Positions 1 to 8,053 of a stretch of DNA of 29,829 bases are shown here, one piece after another (the first letter of the stretch is position 1; each line of letters begins with the position of its first letter). Made by a program: the position numbers and the translations under genes. The stretch is from a virus. Its lineage: Duplodnaviria; Caudoviricetes. The stretch covers positions 1 to 29,829 of IMG/VR virus record IMGVR_UViG_3300025288_000077; one strand, given 5' to 3'. The notes beneath the pieces are model-generated. The model saw nothing but the letters and a program-made list of their open reading frames with translations. It did no database searches and was not told where the DNA came from.

Positions 1-188
1 TGGATACGTTTATCCCATTTTATACCCGCACTATCTACCTCGTTACTCTCGGATACCTCGTTACTCTCGGATACCTCGTTACTCTCGGATACCTCGTTAC
101 TCTCGGATACCTCGTTACTCTCGGATAATTGATAGTAATGGTTGTTCATTTTTTTTAATTCGGCTAAAATTTCTTCTAAGATGCCCAT
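1..188 (-). CDS. Partial phage protein (3' end outside window) with (SESNEV)x5 repeat followed by a D-x-x-G-x-x-W-D-x-R-I motif
   Basis: Not in the ORF track. ATG at 188-186 with GAGG RBS just upstream. Open frame to the window edge: MGILEEILAELKKMNNHYYQL(SESNEV)5DSAGIKWDKRI. The WD.RI(H) motif resembles one I recall in conserved hypothetical proteins of siphophage replication regions. Confidence 0.8.
   Translation of the reverse strand, partial: MGILEEILAELKKMNNHYYQLSESNEVSESNEVSESNEVSESNEVSESNEVDSAGIKWDKRI
36..127. repeat. Perfect tandem repeat, 18 bp x5 (TACCTCGTTACTCTCGGA)
   Basis: Copies at 36, 54, 72, 90 and 108, plus 2 nt; in frame within the <1-188 gene. Confidence 0.97.
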
Positions 189-230
189 AATTAAAACCTC
201 TTTTTAATTAACTCGTTGTTGAGTTTCGAT

Positions 231-259
231 AAATTAACACATGTAAATCTAAATTTCAA
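231..259 (-). promoter_or_regulatory. Leftward sigma70-like promoter (extended -10)
   Basis: - strand TTGAAA (259-254), 17-nt spacer, TG-n-TAATTT (236-231); upstream of the <1-188 gene. Confidence 0.55.
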
Positions 260-266
260 ATTTTAT

Positions 267-295
267 TTTACATTTTATTTTGAGTGTGTTAATTT
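267..295 (+). promoter_or_regulatory. Rightward sigma70-like promoter (extended -10) for the helicase-polymerase operon
   Basis: TTTACA (267-272), 17-nt spacer, TG-n-TAATTT (290-295); AGGA RBS at 311-314 before ATG 322. Confidence 0.55.
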
Positions 296-321
296 GTCGA
301 AACACTCGATAGGAACCAACA

Positions 322-1980
322 ATGATAACACTAAGACCTCACCAAATTAAGTGCAAACAGGAAATTTATGAATCTTTAAATCTTGGTTATAATAATGTGT
401 TAGCAGTTTTACCCACGGGAGCAGGTAAAACTTTAATCAAAGCCTCAATAACCAAAGATTATGTAAAACAAGGTAAAACCGTCATCCTGTTTGCTCACCG
501 GGACGTATTACTCGGACAAATATCAAAATCTCTCTGCTTGATGAAAGTCAAACATTCCTTTATTGCGAGTGTTAAAGCAGTTAAGAACATAACCAACGCT
601 AATGTTGAGGATTTTAACGATAGTTTTAATGATGAAACGTCCAGAGCAATCGTTGCGTCTGTACCAACATTTTTGCAAAGGTTGAAAAAAGGTACACTTA
701 ATCAACTATTACCAATGTGTAACTTGTGGTTACTAGATGAAGCTCATCACATGGTGAACGACTCAATGTGGGATAAGTGTACCCGGAGTTTAATCAATGC
801 TAAAGGAATTGGTGTTACAGCCACTCCAGTCAGGTGTGATGGTAAAGGGTTGGGTTCGATTGCTGATGGCCGTTTTGATAAATTGGTTGTGGGTGCAAAC
901 ATGGGAGAGTTAATTCAACAAGGGTATCTTTCGCCGTATAAGATATTTGTACCACCCACCATATTAGATGTATCTAATGTTAAAATCACCTCAGGCGGCG
1001 ATTTTAATCAAAAATCATTACATGAAGCCACAGACAAACATCAAATAACGGGGGACGCTGTTAGCCATTATTTATCGTTGGCTGAAGGATCTAGAGCTAT
1101 CACATTCACAGTAAACATCGCTCATGCTGAGCATGTCGCTAAAGAATTTAATTTAAACGGTGTACCTTCTGTAGCTCTCAGTAGTAATTCCTCTGAGATC
1201 GAGATACGGAAGGGTTTAAAAGCGTTTACGGAAGGTAAGATTTTAAACCTCGTTAACTGTGACTTGTTTGGTGAAGGTTATGACTGCCCATCTGTTGCTT
1301 GTGTGATCATGCTCAGAAAAACCGAATCATACGGTTTATTCAAACAACAATTTGGTAGATGTTTAAGGGTAGCTGAAGACAAACATTATGGGATATTAAT
1401 TGATCATGTTGGTAATGTAACAAGACATTGCACTCACGGTGAGCCACATGATGATCCCGCGTGGACATTACTTTCCAGCAAGTCGATGAACGTGGACGCC
1501 ACTGTTAAAATTGGTCGAATTTGCCCTAATTGTTTTAGTTATTATGTCCCAACTATCAAGAATAAATTTGTGTGTAAAGATTGTAACCACGAAGAAACCA
1601 AAGATGAAACCAATAAACGTCAATTAGAATTTCAAGCGAATGATGGTAAGTTGGTTGAAATGACGGTTGATTTTATTGAAAATTTAATGAGAGAACGAAA
1701 TAAGGTTGATCAGGATGTTAGCGAGTTTAAACGAAACTTAATTAATGCACCCATGGTTGTGAGAAATTCAGCGGTAAATCGGCATATTAGAAGGCTGAAC
1801 GCCCAATTCACATTAAGAGATAAAATTCAAAAGTGGTGCGAAAAGTTAGCAATACAAACAGGGTTTACACCAAAAATTATACAGCGAGAATTTGAGCGAA
1901 CATATGGTGTAAACATTTTAAAAGCTCAGGTCTTATCAGAAAGACTTGCGCTGGATTTGATTGATAGGATTAAGTTATGA
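322..1980 (+). CDS. Superfamily 2 DEAD/DEAH-box helicase (RadD/YejH-like) with C-terminal zinc finger
   Basis: Q motif LRPHQ, Walker A PTGAGKT, DEAHH, TAT, EGYDCP, QQFGRCLR, IDHVGN, CPNC...CKDC. Confidence 0.95.
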   Translation: MITLRPHQIKCKQEIYESLNLGYNNVLAVLPTGAGKTLIKASITKDYVKQGKTVILFAHRDVLLGQISKSLCLMKVKHSFIASVKAVKNITNANVEDFNDSFNDETSRAIVASVPTFLQRLKKGTLNQLLPMCNLWLLDEAHHMVNDSMWDKCTRSLINAKGIGVTATPVRCDGKGLGSIADGRFDKLVVGANMGELIQQGYLSPYKIFVPPTILDVSNVKITSGGDFNQKSLHEATDKHQITGDAVSHYLSLAEGSRAITFTVNIAHAEHVAKEFNLNGVPSVALSSNSSEIEIRKGLKAFTEGKILNLVNCDLFGEGYDCPSVACVIMLRKTESYGLFKQQFGRCLRVAEDKHYGILIDHVGNVTRHCTHGEPHDDPAWTLLSSKSMNVDATVKIGRICPNCFSYYVPTIKNKFVCKDCNHEETKDETNKRQLEFQANDGKLVEMTVDFIENLMRERNKVDQDVSEFKRNLINAPMVVRNSAVNRHIRRLNAQFTLRDKIQKWCEKLAIQTGFTPKIIQREFERTYGVNILKAQVLSERLALDLIDRIKL

Positions 1981-2207
1981 AACATGATGAAGTAATGCAC
2001 CCTTCACACTACTTATTATTTAGTGACGGAACAGAAGTTATAGATGTTATTAAAAAAACATTATCAAAACAAGAATACATGGGTTATCTTAAAGGTAATA
2101 TTTTAAAATATCGACTAAGAGCAGGTAACAAAGGTGAAGCTAATCAATGTATTGCTAAAGCGAATAATTATAAACGAATGATGGACGATATGATGAGTGG
2201 TGAGTGA
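1977..2207 (+). CDS. DUF3310-family protein (phage nucleotide-kinase-like)
   Basis: Signature V-x-HPSHY ... GYLKGNILKY..RAG.K; start overlaps the helicase stop (ATGA). Confidence 0.85.
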   Translation: MKHDEVMHPSHYLLFSDGTEVIDVIKKTLSKQEYMGYLKGNILKYRLRAGNKGEANQCIAKANNYKRMMDDMMSGE

Positions 2208-4222
2208 GTATGAATTTGGATTACTGTTATGATTTAGAATGTTATCCGAACTTTTTTTCTTGCTGTGTGATTCATATTGACACGGGGGATAAATGGTTTT
2301 TTGAAATTAGTGATTGGGTTAATGATTCATCTGAACTGTTTAATTTTCTTAACTGGCTGAAACACACACAAGCAAGAATGGTCGGGTTTAATAATCTGGC
2401 TTATGATTACACCTTACTGCATCATTTTTTAACGCTGAGTGGACATGTTAATGCCACTATAATGTATGATTTAAGCTACCGCTGGTTCAACGGTGAGATC
2501 AAGTCTCCTTGGCCTAATGACATAATGATCCCACAGTTAGATTTATTTAAAATTCATCATTTTGACAACAAATCTAAGATGGTCAGTCTAAAAGTATTAG
2601 AATTTAACATGAGATCTGACACGATAAAAGACTTACCATTTAAACCAGACACCCGGCTCACTTTAGACCAAGCCAAACTCATGAGAATTTACAACGAACA
2701 TGACGTAACCGAAACAATTAAGTTTTATAACTTTAGTATTCCTCAGATTGAGTTCAGGGATAAATTATCCGTTGCTCAAAATAAGAATTTCACCAATTAT
2801 AACGACACTAAAATTGGTGAACAATACATGATTGACTATTTGATAAACGAAGGTGTAAATGTCAACAAACATTCAACAAGTTATCGTGAATGCGTTGCAG
2901 TAAAAGACATCATATTACCTTATGTAACCTTCACTCACCCCGCTCTTAACCTGGTGTTAGATGAGTTTAAAACCAAAGTGTTTGATAAAAAAGATGCCAC
3001 TGGTGGATTATTACTACGAAGTGAGTTGAACATTGAAACTTGTATTAATGGATTTCAATTAAACATGGGATCAGGTGGTATACACGGTTCTATTAATCGT
3101 GAGATAGTTACCGACTCTGATACTCACGTGTTATTAGATTGGGATGTCGTCAGTTTTTACCCCAATCTAAGTATCCGAAACAATCTTTACCCAGAACATC
3201 TAGGCTTTCGTTTTTGTGACGTGTATTTAAAATTATATGAACATCGAAAAAGTTTCCCAAAATCAGCACCAGAAAATGGAATGCTTAAACTTGCTTTGAA
3301 CTCGATTTATGGTAATAGCAATAGTATTTATTCTCCGTTTTATGATCCCAAATACACGTTAAGTATCACGATCAACGGTCAATTATTATTATGTATGTTG
3401 GCTGAGAAACTTATGCTAACACCTGATTTAAAAATGATACAAATTAATACTGACGGTCTAACTTTTCTTTGTCCGAAAAGATACCTGAATTACATTAATG
3501 ATGTTTGGATCTGGTGGCAAGATTTAACTAAGTTAGAATTAGAATCGAATGAATATTCAATGATGGCTGTGAGAGATGTTAATAATTATATTGCGTTAAA
3601 AAAAGATGGGAAAGTGAAGCGAATTGGATGTTATGCGTATACTACACCGGTAGAAAACCCAGCCACCAGAGAACGTCCTTGGTATAAAGATCATAGTGCT
3701 TTAGTTATACCTAAGGCGGCAGAAGCGGCCATCGTTAATAACATAAATATTAGTGAGTTCATCCTTAATCATCGTGACAAGTACGATTTCATGTTGCGAG
3801 CTAAAATACCAAGGTCTTCAAGTTTAGTACTATGTGAATCACAATATTGGGACGGTAAATTCATAGGGGATAAAAAATCAGTTCTTCAAAACGTAACTCG
3901 CTATGTCGTGAGTAAAACAGGTGGTAGATTGATTAAATTAATGCCTAACACACTTAAACAATGTTTAGCTTGGGAAGAAGGGGGTCATTATTGTCATGAG
4001 GTAACTGGTGATTATAAAGTAGTCCGAAAAGGTAAAAAACCACCTTCCAATAAATATAAACCCGTAAAAACAAAACTTAAAATGACACCTCGTGAAATTG
4101 GATTACAGGTTGGAGCTTTAGTTAAAGAGTGTAATGATGTAAATTGTTTTTCATGGGAAAATTTAGATTATGATTATTATATTAAAGAAGCACATAAAAT
4201 TGTAGATTGTTTGTTTGATTAA
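2204..4222 (+). CDS. Phage DNA polymerase, family B-like, with N-terminal 3'-5' exonuclease
   Basis: Exo I YDLECY, Exo II FNNLAYD, Exo III YNEHDV; polymerase motifs DWDVVSFYPN, KLALNSIYG, INTDG. The start may be ATG 2210. Confidence 0.92.
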   Translation: MSMNLDYCYDLECYPNFFSCCVIHIDTGDKWFFEISDWVNDSSELFNFLNWLKHTQARMVGFNNLAYDYTLLHHFLTLSGHVNATIMYDLSYRWFNGEIKSPWPNDIMIPQLDLFKIHHFDNKSKMVSLKVLEFNMRSDTIKDLPFKPDTRLTLDQAKLMRIYNEHDVTETIKFYNFSIPQIEFRDKLSVAQNKNFTNYNDTKIGEQYMIDYLINEGVNVNKHSTSYRECVAVKDIILPYVTFTHPALNLVLDEFKTKVFDKKDATGGLLLRSELNIETCINGFQLNMGSGGIHGSINREIVTDSDTHVLLDWDVVSFYPNLSIRNNLYPEHLGFRFCDVYLKLYEHRKSFPKSAPENGMLKLALNSIYGNSNSIYSPFYDPKYTLSITINGQLLLCMLAEKLMLTPDLKMIQINTDGLTFLCPKRYLNYINDVWIWWQDLTKLELESNEYSMMAVRDVNNYIALKKDGKVKRIGCYAYTTPVENPATRERPWYKDHSALVIPKAAEAAIVNNINISEFILNHRDKYDFMLRAKIPRSSSLVLCESQYWDGKFIGDKKSVLQNVTRYVVSKTGGRLIKLMPNTLKQCLAWEEGGHYCHEVTGDYKVVRKGKKPPSNKYKPVKTKLKMTPREIGLQVGALVKECNDVNCFSWENLDYDYYIKEAHKIVDCLFD

Positions 4223-4235
4223 ATCTAGTGTCTTT

Positions 4236-4279
4236 TAAAAAACACCAAGTTAGTAAGGGGAGAGATTACTAACTTGGTG
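4236..4279 (-). terminator. Rho-independent terminator (14-bp perfect stem, 9-nt CU-rich loop, U7 tail)
   Basis: Arms CACCAAGTTAGTAA (4243-4256) and TTACTAACTTGGTG (4266-4279); A7 at 4236-4242 gives a U-tract on the - strand only. Confidence 0.88.
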
Positions 4280-4307
4280 AACACGCACACTTACAACAAG
4301 GAGTACT
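4236..4307 (-). ncRNA. Putative ~72-nt small regulatory RNA
   Basis: Lies between a near-consensus promoter and the terminator, and has no AUG. The 5' single-stranded segment ACUCCUUGUUGUAAGUGUGCGUGUU and the loop UCUCUCCCC are anti-SD-like. Confidence 0.55.
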
Positions 4308-4312
4308 ACCTA

Positions 4313-4341
4313 AATATAATCGTTTAATCATCGTTAGTCAA
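4313..4341 (-). promoter_or_regulatory. Near-consensus sigma70 promoter for the putative sRNA
   Basis: TTGACT (4341-4336), 17-nt spacer, TATATT (4318-4313); both hexamers match consensus at 5/6. Confidence 0.65.
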
Positions 4342-4623
4342 GCTTTTAATAAACAACACCGCATTATTCATTTTGTTTGCGCACTTAGCGTAAATGCCAA
4401 TATTTATAACTGTTATTTTTAAAACCTCGCGGGTATCGGTAGTGGGATATTCTAATAACTCATCACAAGAAACCAGTATCTCTTTACTCGGTTTCGGTAA
4501 AAGGTCTTTAGGATTAATCATCTTCACAGGTGGCGTTAGCTGTACAAACTGCTTTGTTGAGCAACTGGATAATACTATCATCAACGCTACTACACTCATT
4601 TTTAATTTTAACCCTGTCAACAT
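4324..4623 (-). CDS. Rz1: Outer-membrane spanin (o-spanin, Rz1-like lipoprotein)
   Basis: Signal peptide with lipobox LSSC, Pro-rich segment and further Cys residues; overlaps the 3' part of the i-spanin in another frame. Start placed at ATG 4623 (AGGTGG RBS) rather than 4641. Confidence 0.8.
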   Translation of the reverse strand: MLTGLKLKMSVVALMIVLSSCSTKQFVQLTPPVKMINPKDLLPKPSKEILVSCDELLEYPTTDTREVLKITVINIGIYAKCANKMNNAVLFIKSLTNDD

Positions 4624-4915
4624 ATTCCACCACCTTCTCAATTTTGGTTTCGATTATTCGATTATTCTTTGCACTTTCTAATTCGGCATCAAAAAGTTCA
4701 CGCTGAGTTATTAACGCCTTTTTAACCGCATCATGAGTATCAAGAATGGCTTTGTTGTTTGCCTCAATTAATTGAGATTGAAACTCAGTTAATGCGTTCT
4801 TATATCCCACTTGGATATAATGATCTCTAACTGTATAAAAAGAAACCCCGATCCCTAAAACGGTGCCAAGGATACTCAGTAACTTATTGTTTTTGATTAA
4901 CCAGTCAAGAATCAT
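4514..4915 (-). CDS. Rz: Inner-membrane spanin (i-spanin, Rz-like)
   Basis: Single N-terminal TM helix, helical periplasmic region, C-terminal cysteines; upstream of and overlapping the lipoprotein gene. Confidence 0.78.
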   Translation of the reverse strand: MILDWLIKNNKLLSILGTVLGIGVSFYTVRDHYIQVGYKNALTEFQSQLIEANNKAILDTHDAVKKALITQRELFDAELESAKNNRIIETKIEKVVEYVDRVKIKNECSSVDDSIIQLLNKAVCTANATCEDD

Positions 4916-5436
4916 AATGCGTTCCCAATGATGTAGATTAAAGCAGTAATAAATCCTCTTACGTAGTCATTCACTGGAAGCAAAACCACATCCGCACGAT
5001 TGATTCGATGTTGAAGATTTTTATCTGCGTTGAATAGAAAATGTTTTGTGATATATAGTGAAGCAACAAAACCCACCCAGATTGCTGAGAATGCCCATAA
5101 ACGATACTGCGATAAACCTTCAATTAAACCAACGGGAAATGCCCACATGAACCCCCTTACAATTATCGCGTACTTAATGTTGGTTGACAAAACTCCAATT
5201 TGCCATTTATTATTGTCATTTTTTTTCATCGGTCTATCTGCTAAAAATGCACCAATCACCTCACCCCAACCAAAAGATTCACCAAGAACAAAAGCCAGAG
5301 TCAGAAAAATAATTATTAAAACATTATTACTTATTATGGTGGAAAAAACAAAAGCCATAACCCAAACATAATATGAATGGGTTCCCCTGGCTCTATCCAG
5401 TAAAGGATTAACGATTAAAAATAATAAATCAGTCAT
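4912..5436 (-). CDS. Multi-pass membrane protein of unknown function within the lysis cassette
   Basis: 174 aa with about 4-5 hydrophobic segments; its stop overlaps the i-spanin start. Confidence 0.7.
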   Translation of the reverse strand: MTDLLFLIVNPLLDRARGTHSYYVWVMAFVFSTIISNNVLIIIFLTLAFVLGESFGWGEVIGAFLADRPMKKNDNNKWQIGVLSTNIKYAIIVRGFMWAFPVGLIEGLSQYRLWAFSAIWVGFVASLYITKHFLFNADKNLQHRINRADVVLLPVNDYVRGFITALIYIIGNAL

Positions 5437-5447
5437 TAGTCAGCCTA

Positions 5448-6029
5448 TTAATTAAATAATAAGTAAATATAGTGTTCTTTAACAATTCGGTTCACATAGT
5501 CTATCGTTTGTTTACTATCAACCCACTTCACGTTGGGTAGTTCCCGAATAATTAAAAGATATTCGGTTTCCCCGCCTGAAAGCTTCTGAGCTTTTAAAAT
5601 GTTTCCAGCCCCAGCATTGTAACTGGCTAAAGCCAACATGTACCGGTCCATGAAAGAACGTGGTGAAGACCAGAATTTATTTAATTCCCCCATATAATAA
5701 GCAGCCGCTCTAATACTCACCTCGGGAAGCCAAAAATCACCTAAATCTGAGTACTTCTCGTTTAAATCTAACGCGGTGTTTGGCATAAACTGACATAAAC
5801 CCATCGCGCCAACTGGTGATACAGCCAAAGGGTTAAGTCTGCTCTCTTGATAACATTGAGCTTTAAGTAATCTCCAATCCGTACCGACGGGAAGAAATAT
5901 TACAACTTTCTTAAAATCTTCATCATACTTATTTGTAATTATTCCACCAGCGTTAACCGATTGCCCCATGAATAATGATAGCAACAAATAAATATTGAGC
6001 CGCGTAATAAATTGCTTTACCTGTATCAT
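5448..6029 (-). CDS. Endolysin, lytic transglycosylase (SLT/MltF-like) with N-terminal signal-like sequence
   Basis: DWRLLKAQCYQES (catalytic Glu), GAMGLCQFMP, ALASYNAGAG, QTIDYV. Confidence 0.92.
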   Translation of the reverse strand: MIQVKQFITRLNIYLLLSLFMGQSVNAGGIITNKYDEDFKKVVIFLPVGTDWRLLKAQCYQESRLNPLAVSPVGAMGLCQFMPNTALDLNEKYSDLGDFWLPEVSIRAAAYYMGELNKFWSSPRSFMDRYMLALASYNAGAGNILKAQKLSGGETEYLLIIRELPNVKWVDSKQTIDYVNRIVKEHYIYLLFN

Positions 6030-6174
6030 TTGAGTTATCCAACCATTTATCTATTTTACCATTCGTTCTATCAATTGATTTATCCATGAGCAGTATTGTA
6101 ATAAACCCCATAACCACCCCTATTACACCCAGGAACACTTTAAACATCGCTTGTAATATTACTGACTCAAACAT
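5953..6174 (-). CDS. Putative holin (two TM helices)
   Basis: 73 aa with two hydrophobic segments around a charged loop; immediately precedes and overlaps the endolysin. Confidence 0.65.
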   Translation of the reverse strand: MFESVILQAMFKVFLGVIGVVMGFITILLMDKSIDRTNGKIDKWLDNSNDTGKAIYYAAQYLFVAIIIHGAIG

Positions 6175-6401
6175 TATACGTTCACCTCTGTTATCGTTAA
6201 ATTCGGTGCCACTCTTAGGATCTCGTTTTGTCTCACAAAAACCCGTTGACCAACCGCCACCCCTGCCCCTTTGATGGTTACATTTGTACCAGACAATGTT
6301 TGAGCTTGACTTGTTCCGTTCCCGTTGTCCGCCGTGATGGTTACCACTTCAATCGTGTTATTACCCACCAAGGCTTTAAAATTCGTAAATGCGTTAGCCA
6401 T
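6174..6401 (-). CDS. Small tail-tip-associated protein (putative)
   Basis: 75 aa, beta-rich pattern, last gene of the tail module; function inferred from position. Confidence 0.6.
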   Translation of the reverse strand: MANAFTNFKALVGNNTIEVVTITADNGNGTSQAQTLSGTNVTIKGAGVAVGQRVFVRQNEILRVAPNLTITEVNV

Positions 6402-6403
6402 CT

Positions 6404-8053
6404 TTATACCTCATAATGTCGTTCAATATTCAATGATTGTATAATCGCGTTACCATTACTCTTGAGTGTTACGTTCACCGACGTGGTCATTCCTCGCCAT
6501 GTACCACCTCCTGATTCAGTCACTTCAATTAAAGTTTGAGGCTTAATGATACCACCAATCACGTCAACATAGGTGGTGACTGGTACAATTTCTTTAAACC
6601 CAGCTTTCGCAATCTCAATTCGACCGCGTTCTGTTCCTGCAATTGTATCAGTGATATGTTTGTCGACGATAGTTGGCATGGTAATTAAACCCGCTGTACC
6701 TTGTTTAACGACCTTAACACCAACTCCACCATTCTCTTCACCATAGACATACACGCTATCAGGTGATTCTTGTGGACTGAACTCAGTATCAATGGTGAAA
6801 AATGAGTTTTCGGTGAGACTCAAGGCTGGTATAGCGGTTCCCCAGTCCCAAGGGCTAATCGGATAATAGGGTTTCACCGCAAACGATTTATCTTCGGTAT
6901 GAGGAATAATGACTGCCCCAACGGATTGTGCTAACTCTATAATGGCCATGAGGGGAGGTTTATCAATATAACCATAAACCTTAGGGGGGATTGTCCAACT
7001 GACTGTATCCCAAGTGTGGGTGAAACCTGTACCAACTAACTCGGACGCGACTAAACCCGAAGGAGTAGATTGACTAGGTTCAGTATATGAAGACTTACTT
7101 GTATAAGGATAACCTAACAATTTTATATTACTCCATGCAGTCACCTTGGTTCTACGTTGTACCCCTTCTTTATTCGCTACTGCACTCGTACTCGTCCGCG
7201 CAACAAATACGTTAAATAATTCACCGTTGATTGATATCTCAATCTCTTTGACATTTAAACCAGTGGGTTTAATTAATGCCAGACTAACGCTGTCAGCAAT
7301 TGTAAAATTAGCGACCCATGCGAATGAATCTAAGTCTGTTGATAAACTTAAATCTGAAAATCTGATAGGGGTTCTATCGGGTAACGTAACCATGTTAATA
7401 ACATTCACAATCCTAATAACTCCTGCATTTACAATTAAGGTTTCGTCCCAGTGATCTAAATCATGCCAGACATCTGAATTATCCCAAGTAACCCCGTGTG
7501 TCAATGCGTCAGGATCTACCAGATTAGGAGCAAGAATACTCCCGCCAACCAAGAAGTTATTCACTGAATAACCCCATTTTAAAGGCTGATATATGTCGCT
7601 GGTGTTTAATTTACCAGCGACTTTAAATGATGTATCAGCGTCAATCTGTTTTATATCATTGTCATAATTGATTGAGTGAGTCAAGTCGTGTGTATCTAGC
7701 CTACCAACAATTGAAAATGACGTGTCCGAATCAGCGGCATCTAAATTATCCATTCTAACAATTAATAAGTTTAAATCTTTTTTATCCAACCTTCCCGTAA
7801 CATCTGAAAAAATATCGGTTTCCAGTTTAACAAAACCATCCACCCTTTTTATTGCCCAAGAATCGTTATACTGAGTTGGTTTCTCGTACTCTATAAGATA
7901 ATCAGACCTAATGAGAATTGGTTTATCCCAATCTAACTTTGACAAAACGGTTAACGGTGTACCAATCTTCCATTCCATCCCTGTAAACATGTTTACAGGG
8001 ATGGAATGGAACCAGGAGGATGCCGTTGAGACATAAAGGTTAATTCGCATCAC
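6404..8053 (-). CDS. Tail tip/hub-like virion protein (putative)
   Basis: 549 aa, overlaps the end of the upstream 1225-aa gene, in the distal tail module. Confidence 0.6.
   Translation of the reverse strand: MMRINLYVSTASSWFHSIPVNMFTGMEWKIGTPLTVLSKLDWDKPILIRSDYLIEYEKPTQYNDSWAIKRVDGFVKLETDIFSDVTGRLDKKDLNLLIVRMDNLDAADSDTSFSIVGRLDTHDLTHSINYDNDIKQIDADTSFKVAGKLNTSDIYQPLKWGYSVNNFLVGGSILAPNLVDPDALTHGVTWDNSDVWHDLDHWDETLIVNAGVIRIVNVINMVTLPDRTPIRFSDLSLSTDLDSFAWVANFTIADSVSLALIKPTGLNVKEIEISINGELFNVFVARTSTSAVANKEGVQRRTKVTAWSNIKLLGYPYTSKSSYTEPSQSTPSGLVASELVGTGFTHTWDTVSWTIPPKVYGYIDKPPLMAIIELAQSVGAVIIPHTEDKSFAVKPYYPISPWDWGTAIPALSLTENSFFTIDTEFSPQESPDSVYVYGEENGGVGVKVVKQGTAGLITMPTIVDKHITDTIAGTERGRIEIAKAGFKEIVPVTTYVDVIGGIIKPQTLIEVTESGGGTWRGMTTSVNVTLKSNGNAIIQSLNIERHYEV

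Larger units (their letters stand above)
223..303. repeat. 19-bp imperfect inverted repeat TGTGTTAATTT(A/G)TCGAAAC covering the -10/+1 regions of both divergent promoters
   Basis: 223-241 (reverse complement) and 285-303 match at 18/19 positions. Confidence 0.85.

Noticed and set aside
36-127. 18-bp repeats as a CRISPR array
   Set aside because: The copies are contiguous with no spacers, there are no cas genes, and the repeat is in frame in a CDS.
523-705. 60-aa minus-strand ORF inside the helicase
   Set aside because: Antisense shadow of a well-supported gene with no recognisable features.
4324-4641. ORF-track start at 4641 for the o-spanin
   Set aside because: ATG 4623 has a better RBS and gives a more normal lipoprotein signal length.
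4394-6416. Plus-strand ORFs opposite the lysis cassette (4394, 5030, 6086, 6228)
   Set aside because: Antisense to a coherent, coupled minus-strand operon; no motifs.
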